Origin: Acetofilamentum sp.
Lineage (GTDB): Bacteria; Bacteroidota; Bacteroidia; Bacteroidales; JAFGXI01
DNA: 64,000 bases
Assembly: GCA_020720565.1 (NCBI GenBank)
Contig: DYOK01000001.1
Coordinates: 7,334-71,333 of the forward strand
Direction: 5' to 3'
Within the stretch, counting starts at the first letter, position 1. Every line of letters starts with the position of its first letter. Under the pieces are notes generated by a model. That model was not told where the DNA came from. It saw only the letters and a program-made list of their open reading frames with translations, and ran no database searches. The translations under genes were made by a program, and so were the position numbers. Shown here piece after piece: positions 1 through 8,296 of the stretch.

Positions 1-1062
1 GGCGGCATTCATACCGAAGAAGAAATTAGTGCTGAGTTTATGTTCCAAGAACTCGAAGTGTCTTATGAGTTAATACCAGAAATGAGTCGAAGTATCAAAC
101 TATGGAGCGACTTTGTAGCCTATCGAAAAATTAGCAAAATAATAAAAGAATACCAACCTGACATTGTTCACACACATGCGTCGAAGGCTGGGCTCATTGG
201 TCGATTGGCTGCTATTCGACATGGTGTGCCAGTTATTATTCATACTTTTCATGGGCATGTTTTTCATTCCTATTTTGGTTGGTTAAAAACCAGAGTTTTT
301 ATTACAATAGAACAAATATTGGCTTTAAAAACCAATGCTATCATCGCAATTAGTCCATTACAATTGCAAGAATTGTCTCAAACTTTTAAAATCGCACCTA
401 CTCGGAAATTTCATTTGATACCGCTTGGTTTCAATTTAGATCCATATATCCAGAGACAGGATGAAAAACGCGAGGCTTTTCGTTCAAAATATCAATTAAA
501 AGAACAAGAAATTGCTATTTGTATTATTGGTCGCTTGGTTCCGATAAAAAATCATGCATTATTTATCGAAGCACTGGCCGAACTCAAAACAACACACCAA
601 CTAACATTTAGGGCGTTCGTGGTGGGCGATGGTTTTTTGAAAGCCGAGCTGCTTGAACAAGCCGAAAAATTAGGATTAAGCACCAGTCAAGACACAAAGC
701 CAGCCGATGTTTGCTTTACCTCGTGGATTACCGATACAGCACCAGTTTATGCGGGCTGCGACATTGTTGCTTTAAGTTCGAAAAACGAAGGGACACCTGT
801 TACCTTAATCGAAGCACAAGCGGCTCTTAAACCCATCGTAAGCACCCCTGCCGGCGGCACAGAAGATATTCTCTATCCGAGTTCGTTCCACAAAATTAGT
901 TTACCAAATCCAAAAGATTTCGCCCAAAATATTCGGGATATAATGGTACTTTTACAAACCGAGAAACCTGCTGAAGCGATTCGAAAGGTTTGTATCGATC
1001 GTTTTGCATATCAAAATTTAGTCAACAAAATGCAGATGTTATATACCAAATTATTGAAATAA
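1..1062 (+). CDS. Glycosyltransferase, GT-B fold / family 4-like (5' end outside window)
   Basis: Frame 1 is open from base 1 (GGIHTEEEISAEF precedes the first Met at 40). C-terminal half is typical of GT4 enzymes (GRLVPIKN, SSKNEGTPVTLIEAQA). Confidence 0.8.
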   Translation, partial: GGIHTEEEISAEFMFQELEVSYELIPEMSRSIKLWSDFVAYRKISKIIKEYQPDIVHTHASKAGLIGRLAAIRHGVPVIIHTFHGHVFHSYFGWLKTRVFITIEQILALKTNAIIAISPLQLQELSQTFKIAPTRKFHLIPLGFNLDPYIQRQDEKREAFRSKYQLKEQEIAICIIGRLVPIKNHALFIEALAELKTTHQLTFRAFVVGDGFLKAELLEQAEKLGLSTSQDTKPADVCFTSWITDTAPVYAGCDIVALSSKNEGTPVTLIEAQAALKPIVSTPAGGTEDILYPSSFHKISLPNPKDFAQNIRDIMVLLQTEKPAEAIRKVCIDRFAYQNLVNKMQMLYTKLLK

Positions 1063-1076
1063 GGGCTTCGACCTTA
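1060..1076 (+). repeat. Isolated repeat head (TAAGGGCTTCGACCTT) fused to the stop codon of the GT4 gene
   Basis: Matches the head of the dispersed repeat but lacks its body. Its TAA is the stop codon at 1060..1062. Confidence 0.6.
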
Positions 1077-1084
1077 ATAAGCAC

Positions 1085-1170
1085 TAAGAATAATAGAATG
1101 TCGTATTTTATTAAGCTAGAGGATTGATAAATTGCAAGTTAGAAAAACAATAAATAGGTCGAAGACCTTA
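1085..1170 (-). repeat. Dispersed ~85-bp repeat, full copy (reverse orientation)
   Basis: The reverse complement reads TAAGGTCTTCGACCTATTTATTGTTTTTCTAACT...CTAGCTTAATAAAATACGACATTCTATTATTC. Confidence 0.8.
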
Positions 1171-1202
1171 AGATACATTAAATAATACTTTATATTTAAG
1201 AC

Positions 1203-2582
1203 ATGTTGAGCCATCGCAATTTTGATTCTACTGATATCTTGTTTAGCCTGGTGTATTTGGTTATCATATTTATTATTGCCAACTTTATCCGAGGTTTTAA
1301 CATTAAGAAACGCCCCGAATATGCATACCTTTTTAAAGCTATGGGTATCAAGATATTTGGTTCGATGGCTTTTGCTTTTGTCTATTTGTTTTACTATGGA
1401 GATGGCGATACGGTTTATTACTTCGAAGGCGCCTCTACCCTTACCAATTACATATACAAAGACCCTTTCCAATACATTCGACTGCTTTTTTCCTCTACCG
1501 AATTCCCTTACGATTTAAACCATGTGCATAGCGAAATTTTATTTTCCAATTCTGGCGAAGAATGGTTTATGGTCAAAATTGTTTCCATTCTCAATATTGT
1601 AGCTTTTGATAGGTACTTTATCAATTCGATCATTATATCGATGGTTTCACTTTGGGGAAGTTGGCGCATGTTTCAGGGTTTTTTAATGTTCGAACCTAAA
1701 TATAAAAATTTGACTTTTTGGGCTGTATTCGGTGTGCCATCAGTCATATTTTGGGGAAGCGGATTACTTAAAGACACCATTACTTTTGCTTTTCTAGGTG
1801 TATTTTTCTATCATAGCATGAAAGTATTTTTTAAATACCAATTTAAAGCTAAATCGATTTTTGCCATCACCTTTTCGATGTTTATCATTTTTAACATCAA
1901 AGCGTATATCATTCTAAGCTTCTTGCCTGTTTTGCTTATTGGTTGGATTGTTTACAATCGAAAATCGATAAAAAGTACATTTATAAGGAACATTATCACT
2001 CCATTTCTCTTGATAAGTGGCATAGGTGCAGCCGTAGTTATTGTGCCAACTATTGCTCAAAGTAGCGACAAATATAAATTCGAGAATTTAGAATCTCGGT
2101 TAAAAGGATTTCACTCATGGCACTCATCTTTAGGCGGATCATCGTACGATCTACATGTAACCGATTACTCGGTACCATCAATCCTAGCAAAAATTCCGGC
2201 CTCATTGAATGTTACGTTTTATCGGCCTTATGTGACCGAAATTCGAAATGCGGTAAGTGCAATAGGAGCATTGGAAAGTCTATTATTTTTAGTGCTATCA
2301 ATAATAATTCTGATTCGACTTAGACTAAAACTTTTAGTAATTATATTCGATAGCCCCATTTTGATTATTGCTTTGTTCTACTGTATTATTTTTGGCTTTG
2401 CTGTTGGATTTACCTCGTATAACTTTGGTGCTTTGGCTCGATACAAAATTCCAACCATGCCTTTTTTTGCCTATTTAGTTTTGTATTTGTTTAATTATTA
2501 TCGCATTCACCGATTCGACAAAGCAGAAGAACGTGAACGTTCAATGGAACGCCCAGCAGAAATAAAGCAAGCAAAAGATTAA
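1203..2582 (+). CDS. Polytopic integral membrane protein, function unknown (possibly glycan-related, follows a GT4 gene)
   Basis: 459-aa ORF with many hydrophobic helices throughout and no catalytic motif I recognise. The overlapping ORFs 1116..1472(-) and 1222..1518(+) look spurious. Confidence 0.6.
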   Translation: MLSHRNFDSTDILFSLVYLVIIFIIANFIRGFNIKKRPEYAYLFKAMGIKIFGSMAFAFVYLFYYGDGDTVYYFEGASTLTNYIYKDPFQYIRLLFSSTEFPYDLNHVHSEILFSNSGEEWFMVKIVSILNIVAFDRYFINSIIISMVSLWGSWRMFQGFLMFEPKYKNLTFWAVFGVPSVIFWGSGLLKDTITFAFLGVFFYHSMKVFFKYQFKAKSIFAITFSMFIIFNIKAYIILSFLPVLLIGWIVYNRKSIKSTFIRNIITPFLLISGIGAAVVIVPTIAQSSDKYKFENLESRLKGFHSWHSSLGGSSYDLHVTDYSVPSILAKIPASLNVTFYRPYVTEIRNAVSAIGALESLLFLVLSIIILIRLRLKLLVIIFDSPILIIALFYCIIFGFAVGFTSYNFGALARYKIPTMPFFAYLVLYLFNYYRIHRFDKAEERERSMERPAEIKQAKD

Positions 2583-2620
2583 AAGTAGAATATAATAAAT
2601 GTTTTTTATAGGCGAACGGC

Positions 2621-3763
2621 TTAATATTGCAAAGCTTTCAAACTCACAATATACACGTTTTGATAGTAGAATTTGATAATATCTTTGTACGAAAAGCCCT
2701 TTTTGTCCATTTGCATGGCGCCTTCTTGCGATAGTCCGACACCATGACCATAACCCCTCCCATTTAATACAATTTGGCCGTCGGCATAGCTGATGGTAAA
2801 CAAAGTCGATTTTAACTTAAATTGGTTTCGCAGTGCAGTGTATGCTATCGAATCAGAACCAAACACATAGTATTTTTTACGTCTTAAACTCGAATCATTA
2901 AAATCTGAACCATTGATATTGGGTGAAATTTTAAAGCCGTTTTGCTTTAAATAACTGACCCACGAACTCAAAGGAACCGATTTGGTCCAAAGGTAGCTAT
3001 TACCGCCAATGCTGTATGGGTCTTCGACCGATCGCAAGTACGAACGCGACTGTTGCCAAACATGCTCCGAAGCTGCGGTATATCCCCCACTATTTGAATA
3101 AAAAGAGGCTGTAATTAAACTTAACGAAGAATCGACTATCACCAAGCCTTTGGTCATGCTAGTGGCTTCGACAATTAAATCGCTAAATTTGGCTCTGCCT
3201 TTAAAAGCTTGACAATGTACGTCGTCGCACAGATTAAAACCATCGGCTTCGTGCTTGTGGTAATTCTCAAGTGCATAGGTTCGGCATAAGATGGCTTGTG
3301 TTTTATAGTATTCTTTACCTGCTTTTGAACCGCCCTCGCTCTCGACAACTGCTGCGACATAATGCTCCAAATCTAATTGGTTGATGATTCGAATTTTGCC
3401 AGCAATAACTTCTAAATAAAAATCGTCTTGATATTCACGTGGTTTAAGTTGAGGGTTATCGGCTTTTAGTCTGATTGTATTAAAAGAACCTTTTCCTAAT
3501 AGTTCAATCTTTTGATAGCTGCCCAAATCTTTTGTGTCTTCTTTAATTTGGATTTTATCACCAATTTGGTTTAGATAAATTATTTCGTTTGGGTTAATGG
3601 TTTTTACCAATTGGCTATCGCCCCATAACTGATATTGACCAAAAACTGTTGAAATTAGTACTGTTTTAAGCGCATGTTGATGGAATAGCCCAATTCTAAT
3701 ATCTTGAGCAAATGATACATATGAAAATATCAGAAATAATAATATGATAATGATTCGTTTCAA
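2621..3763 (-). CDS. SpoIID/LytB domain protein (secreted peptidoglycan-remodelling family)
   Basis: N-terminal signal peptide. SpoIID-type motifs YHKHEADGFNLCDDVHCQAFKG and GRGYGHGVGLSQEGA. The start codon is TTG. Confidence 0.85.
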   Translation of the reverse strand: MKRIIIILLFLIFSYVSFAQDIRIGLFHQHALKTVLISTVFGQYQLWGDSQLVKTINPNEIIYLNQIGDKIQIKEDTKDLGSYQKIELLGKGSFNTIRLKADNPQLKPREYQDDFYLEVIAGKIRIINQLDLEHYVAAVVESEGGSKAGKEYYKTQAILCRTYALENYHKHEADGFNLCDDVHCQAFKGRAKFSDLIVEATSMTKGLVIVDSSLSLITASFYSNSGGYTAASEHVWQQSRSYLRSVEDPYSIGGNSYLWTKSVPLSSWVSYLKQNGFKISPNINGSDFNDSSLRRKKYYVFGSDSIAYTALRNQFKLKSTLFTISYADGQIVLNGRGYGHGVGLSQEGAMQMDKKGFSYKDIIKFYYQNVYIVSLKALQY

Positions 3764-3969
3764 TTTTATAAAATATATAGATTTTTAAACAAAAAATTTA
3801 AATGTACCTGAGTTGTCGAATTCTTCAAAAATAACTTATCGGGAGTTCTGAAAATTGCTTTTTCATCGTTGGACTTCAATTTTAAAATCCTCATTTACAA
3901 TAGTAAACTCCGGTTTTAAATTCTTGTCCGCCTCAAAAAATCTAATTTTTAGAACCCATCTTATGTAAA

Positions 3970-5028
3970 TTAGCAGTTATCATCATTTGCTTTTTGAATA
4001 TTATTCAGATTCAATTCATTATTCACTAATCGATCAAAATCACTTTCAAATAATCTGTCCTGTATAATTCTGTATTTCTCAAACTCTGTTTCCGCATGCA
4101 CTTTTGCAATTTCTGCAGACACTTTTCCTGCATCTTGTAATATATTTCTATCAGTGGCTTCAATAAATCTATTCAAACGTGTCTCCCAGTCTTCCATTGT
4201 CATCGGAATTCCCCTAAGTGCCATATCCTCAGCAATATCAATGTAGGCAGAAACCAATCGTTGTAATTGTTGCATCTCATTTTCGTTCAAATAGTTTTTT
4301 GCTACACTTACATCAAATTTTTGAATTTTTCCATTTGGTGCATCTTTCCAAATACTTAATCCCATATTCTGCTTTTGGTGGTCGGCTCTATTAATTATTA
4401 CTTCCGCTGCTGTTTGACCGTGTATTGCCCAATGTAACTTATTTTGAACTGTTGCAAAAAAACGTTTAGTTGCTTGAGCTGTAAAATCATAATCAATAGC
4501 TGTGGTATAAATATCGGTTATTTTTTGATAAAATTTGCGTTCGCTTAACCGTATTTCTCTAATACGTTGCAGTTGTTCTTCAAAGTATTTTTTGCCTAAA
4601 ATAGAGCCATCGTTTTTAAGTCGCTCATCGTCCATTGCAAAACCCTTGATCGTAAACTCTTGCACAATTTGAGTTGCCCACTTTCGGAACATTACCGCTC
4701 GCTCACTGTTAACTTTGTAGCCTATTGCAATTATTGCCGATAAATTATAGTGCTTTGTTTTGTAGCTTTTAGCATCATTGGCAGTTATTCGAAAATTTCG
4801 AATAACTGAACTTTCACTTAGCTCACTATCCAAAAATATTTTTTTTAAATGATAATTAATGGTATGAGTTTCTACATTGTATAACTCCCCCATCATTTTT
4901 TGAGTTAACCAAATATTTTCATCTGCATAAATTGCATCTATTCCACCATCACCTGTCGAAGCAATAAAAGTTAAATATTCGGCAGATGAAGATCGAATTA
5001 CTGCTTTATTTTTATTTTTTTCTGCCAT
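3970..5028 (-). CDS. RhuM-family (virulence-associated, Fic/DOC-related) protein
   Basis: The N-terminal block ENIWLTQKMMGELYNV...INYHLKKIF...VIRNFRITA...KHYNLSAIIAIGYKVNSERAVMFRKWATQ...IKGFAMDDERLKN matches the RhuM family pattern. Confidence 0.85.
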   Translation of the reverse strand: MAEKNKNKAVIRSSSAEYLTFIASTGDGGIDAIYADENIWLTQKMMGELYNVETHTINYHLKKIFLDSELSESSVIRNFRITANDAKSYKTKHYNLSAIIAIGYKVNSERAVMFRKWATQIVQEFTIKGFAMDDERLKNDGSILGKKYFEEQLQRIREIRLSERKFYQKITDIYTTAIDYDFTAQATKRFFATVQNKLHWAIHGQTAAEVIINRADHQKQNMGLSIWKDAPNGKIQKFDVSVAKNYLNENEMQQLQRLVSAYIDIAEDMALRGIPMTMEDWETRLNRFIEATDRNILQDAGKVSAEIAKVHAETEFEKYRIIQDRLFESDFDRLVNNELNLNNIQKANDDNC

Positions 5029-5172
5029 TTAGTGATTAATATATGATCCAAGACTCCAATTTTTCGTTTTGATAAAGTTTTGCTTATTATGTGTCAATAT
5101 ATAGTTTGACTTGTTAAATTTTACCCTTTACAGCAACATTAACTGGTTTTCAATTTTATTGTTTGATATCCT

Positions 5173-6294
5173 CTAATTTAAATTTTGAGTCATATGCTCA
5201 GCAATTCTTTTCGAAGCTCCGGAACCACCTAGGGCATTCTCCAACACATTATAATCGTTTAAGATGTCATTTCGAGTCTGCCCATCTATTATCTTTTTAA
5301 ATTCTCGCACAAGATTTTCGACTGTCAAATCGTCCTGTATCAATTCAGTGACAGACTTTTTATCTAAAATTAAGTTAACCAATGAAATGTACTTAACGTC
5401 AACAATCAGTTTAGCAATTTTGAACGATAGTGCATCGCCTTTATAGCAAACTACTTGAGGTATTTTAAATAAAGCCGTTTCAAGTGTGGCCGTTCCCGAT
5501 GTGACAATAGCAGAATGCGAATGCGAAAGCAAATCGTATGTTTTATTAACAACCAGTTTTACGTTTTTATTCGCAATTATAGGTTCAAAGATAGATAAGT
5601 CTAAAGCCGGTGCCACAGATACAACGAATTGGAATTGAGGAAATTGCTCGACTAAGGCTAGCATAATTGGCAGTTTTACATTCACTTCTTTAACTCTACT
5701 TCCTGGTAAAACGGCCACGATGGGGCGATTATCTAATGAATGGCTGGTTTTAAATTCTTCTAATGTAGGACGTTTGTTGGTCGAATAGAGACTCATGGCA
5801 TCGAGCAAAGGATGTCCAAAATAAGCCACCTCGTATTGATGTTTCTGATAAAACGGTTTTTCGAAAGGCAGAATCACGTACATTTGATCGACATATTTTT
5901 TGATAGTTTTAACTCGTGATTCTTTCCAAGCCCATACAGTTGGCGAAATATAATACAATACTTTTATGTTATTTTGATGTATAAACTTCGCCATTCTTAA
6001 ATTAAATCCGGGATAGTCAATCAAAATAACAGCATCGGGCTTAAAATCGAGGATGTCTTTTTTGCACTGCTTAAAGTTTTTAAAAATCGTAAAAATATTT
6101 TTTAGAACTTCAACAAACCCCATAAATGCGAGTTCTTTAATGTGTTTTTTAGGTGCTTTGCCAATCTGTTCAGTCATGGCATCACCGCCCCAAAAACTAA
6201 ATTGAGCATGTGAGTCGATTCTTTTGATTTCCCGAACCAAATTGGCACCATGTAAATCGCCTGAGGCCTCCCCTGCTATAATAAAATATTTCAT
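5173..6294 (-). CDS. lpxB: Lipid-A-disaccharide synthase
   Basis: MKYFIIAGEASGDLHGANL N-terminus and full-length LpxB-like sequence. I prefer the ATG at 6294 over the TTG at 6318 used by the ORF track. Confidence 0.9.
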   Translation of the reverse strand: MKYFIIAGEASGDLHGANLVREIKRIDSHAQFSFWGGDAMTEQIGKAPKKHIKELAFMGFVEVLKNIFTIFKNFKQCKKDILDFKPDAVILIDYPGFNLRMAKFIHQNNIKVLYYISPTVWAWKESRVKTIKKYVDQMYVILPFEKPFYQKHQYEVAYFGHPLLDAMSLYSTNKRPTLEEFKTSHSLDNRPIVAVLPGSRVKEVNVKLPIMLALVEQFPQFQFVVSVAPALDLSIFEPIIANKNVKLVVNKTYDLLSHSHSAIVTSGTATLETALFKIPQVVCYKGDALSFKIAKLIVDVKYISLVNLILDKKSVTELIQDDLTVENLVREFKKIIDGQTRNDILNDYNVLENALGGSGASKRIAEHMTQNLN

Positions 6295-6440
6295 CTGTCT
6301 ATTTTTTACAATTTGCAATTTGCTGAGTTGATTATTTGTTTAGTTGTTAATGTGTTGATGCGTTAATGTGGCAATGTGCAAATACAGCATTCAAAATTCA
6401 TAATACTTTGGCTATCAATTGTTGATTGACGAATTGAAAA

Positions 6441-6520
6441 ATTAAAATAATTTAATATTAACTTGCTCAAAAACCTGATAATCTTTTGGTTACAAACTAA
6501 AAAAAAGGCAGAAGACCTTA
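6441..6520 (-). repeat. Dispersed repeat, diverged copy (reverse)
   Basis: The reverse complement reads TAAGGTCTTCTGCCTTTTTT..GTTTGTAACC...TTATCAGG...ATTAAATTATT. The head TAA is the stop of ORF 6518..6895. Confidence 0.6.
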
Positions 6521-6895
6521 AAAGACAAATTTAAGGCCAAAAACCACAACAACCAGAATAACGGTCGATATCATAACTCCTTGAACTGTATAATAGTACT
6601 TTTTCCATATAAAAAGGAAAAACAAACCTAAATTGGGTATTGCACTTAAACTAAATAGCGACGAAAGGCGACCAATTTCGTGTAATTGCCTCAAAAATTG
6701 AATCAAACTGAGATGTCGATTGGCTTCTGCACTTACAAAAATAAGCGTCAATAAGGGTATAAATACCCCAAGGGACAAGCCTAACCAGCGATTATTGAGT
6801 ACCGATTTGGGTTTATTATCGTTTTCCAATCCAATTCCAATTTTTAATTTGTTCAATATCCTGATGGGCTGTACCGTCAATCTGATTTGGAACAA
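6518..6895 (-). CDS. Small hydrophobic membrane protein (start uncertain)
   Basis: Three predicted TM helices. The first ~26 codons overlap the surE 3' end out of frame, so the true start is probably an internal non-ATG codon downstream of 6816. The stop TAA lies in a repeat head. Confidence 0.4.
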   Translation of the reverse strand: MFQIRLTVQPIRILNKLKIGIGLENDNKPKSVLNNRWLGLSLGVFIPLLTLIFVSAEANRHLSLIQFLRQLHEIGRLSSLFSLSAIPNLGLFFLFIWKKYYYTVQGVMISTVILVVVVFGLKFVF

Positions 6896-7598
6896 CCGCT
6901 ATATAATTCCGTTCAAGTGCCCATTCGTCGGTGTCTTCGGCTTGCGGTTCAAAATTGTTAAATGCACCTGTTAACCAATAATAGGTACCACCATGAGGAT
7001 CGGTTCGCTTTTCGTATTCTTCTTTCCAAACACCCTTAGTCTGTCGGCAAACTTTTATTCCTTTTATTTCTGATAAACCAACATCAGGAAAGTTAATATT
7101 CAAATAAGTCTGATCGTTCAGTCCATTGGTTAACACTTCCTTAATCATTTGTGGCAAAAAATGGGATACCACAGAAAAATCGGCATCTTTATCGTGATTC
7201 AGCAACGAGAAGCCTACCGATGGGATGCCGTTTAAACAGCCTTCGCGTGCTGCTCCTAATGTTCCAGAGTAGATTACACTTATCGAGGCATTAGAACCAT
7301 GATTAACGCCTGATAATACCAATGCTGGGCGTTCTTTAAGAATCTGATTCATGGCCAATTTAACCGCATCAACAGGCGTTCCGTTGATTGAATAAATGGT
7401 TAATTCTTCTGATTTTTGGTGTAAAGTTAACCGCAGAGGATTTTTTATGGTTATAGCATGCGACATACCTGATTCCCCTCTATCGGGTGCAACCACCACG
7501 ATACGTCCAAAAGGCCTTGCGGCTTCTATTAAATGAGCTAATCCCTTGGCTTGATATCCATCGTCATTCGAGATTAGAATTAATGGCTTTTTAGTCAT
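6816..7598 (-). CDS. surE: 5'/3'-nucleotidase SurE
   Basis: ILISNDDGYQAKGL...VVAPDRGESGMSHAIT...GVNHGSNAS motifs across the full length. Confidence 0.92.
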   Translation of the reverse strand: MTKKPLILISNDDGYQAKGLAHLIEAARPFGRIVVVAPDRGESGMSHAITIKNPLRLTLHQKSEELTIYSINGTPVDAVKLAMNQILKERPALVLSGVNHGSNASISVIYSGTLGAAREGCLNGIPSVGFSLLNHDKDADFSVVSHFLPQMIKEVLTNGLNDQTYLNINFPDVGLSEIKGIKVCRQTKGVWKEEYEKRTDPHGGTYYWLTGAFNNFEPQAEDTDEWALERNYIAVVPNQIDGTAHQDIEQIKNWNWIGKR

Positions 7599-7717
7599 AT
7601 TTTTTCTTTTGTCATCTAAAAGGCAAATCTACATTAAGTCTTTGCTTTATCAAACACATTACGTTGAAGTATTAAAGCTTTTTTCAACAAAGCAAAAAAT
7701 AACGATTGCACGAGTTT

Positions 7718-7799
7718 TAAGGCCTTCAATTTATTGGTTGTTTCTGTAACTTTCAAAATGTCAGATTTTTAGCTAAAACAATACAATATTAAAGTATAC
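7718..7799 (+). repeat. Dispersed repeat, copy with deleted hairpin arm
   Basis: TAAGGCCTTCAATTTATTGGTTGTTTCTGTAACT...CAGATTTTTAGCTAAAACAATACAATATTAAAG. Confidence 0.6.
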
Positions 7800-7871
7800 A
7801 TACTACCTAAATATTTTTCTACACTTGAATATTAATCACTATATTTATTCCATCTTTTGATTTTTGAAAAT

Positions 7872-8228
7872 ATGAATATCGAAAATTTCAGACAATATTG
7901 TATCGATTTGAAAGGCACTACTGAAAGTTTTCCGTTCGATCAAACGACTTTAGTCTTTAAAGTAATGGATAAAATGTATGCATTGCTCGATTTAGAAGAT
8001 AAAAAAGCCAATTTAAAAGTTTTGCCAGACAACATTTTCGATTTAATCGATAGAAATGCCTTTGTTTTCCCTGGATATCACATGAATAAAAAGCATTGGA
8101 TTACTGTTGATATCGAACAAGCACCAAATGTTGAATTTATTAATCAACTGATTTACAATTCATATAAACTGGTCGTTAGCAGATTGCCAAAGAAAAAACA
8201 AATTGAATTAGCACAGCCATTCGATTAA
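7872..8228 (+). CDS. MmcQ/YjbR family DNA-binding protein
   Basis: MNIENFRQYCIDLKGTTESFPFD...LVFKV..KMYALL is typical of YjbR. I prefer the ATG at 7872 over the TTG at 7857. Confidence 0.8.
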   Translation: MNIENFRQYCIDLKGTTESFPFDQTTLVFKVMDKMYALLDLEDKKANLKVLPDNIFDLIDRNAFVFPGYHMNKKHWITVDIEQAPNVEFINQLIYNSYKLVVSRLPKKKQIELAQPFD

Positions 8229-8296
8229 TTGAAACGATTATATAAAGAATCGAACCTTTGATATTTAAACAGAGTATTCCTCTATTTTAAACAAAT

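Noticed and set aside
1116-1518. ORFs 1116..1472(-) and 1222..1518(+) overlapping the start of the 459-aa membrane protein
   Set aside because: Both are shadow frames of the long polytopic membrane ORF. The minus-strand one also begins inside a repeat copy.
3776-3904. 42-codon minus-strand ORF (MRILKLKSNDEKAIFRTPDKLFLKNSTTQ...) between rhuM and the spoIID-like gene
   Set aside because: I see no ribosome-binding or promoter evidence and no family recognition. It overlaps the inverted-repeat region, so it is more likely non-coding.
6335-6385. Short direct repeats GTTAATGTG (two copies, plus GCAATGTG) upstream of lpxB as a regulator binding array
   Set aside because: The repeats are very short and there are only two exact copies, with no known motif match. 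The idea is plausible but unsupported.
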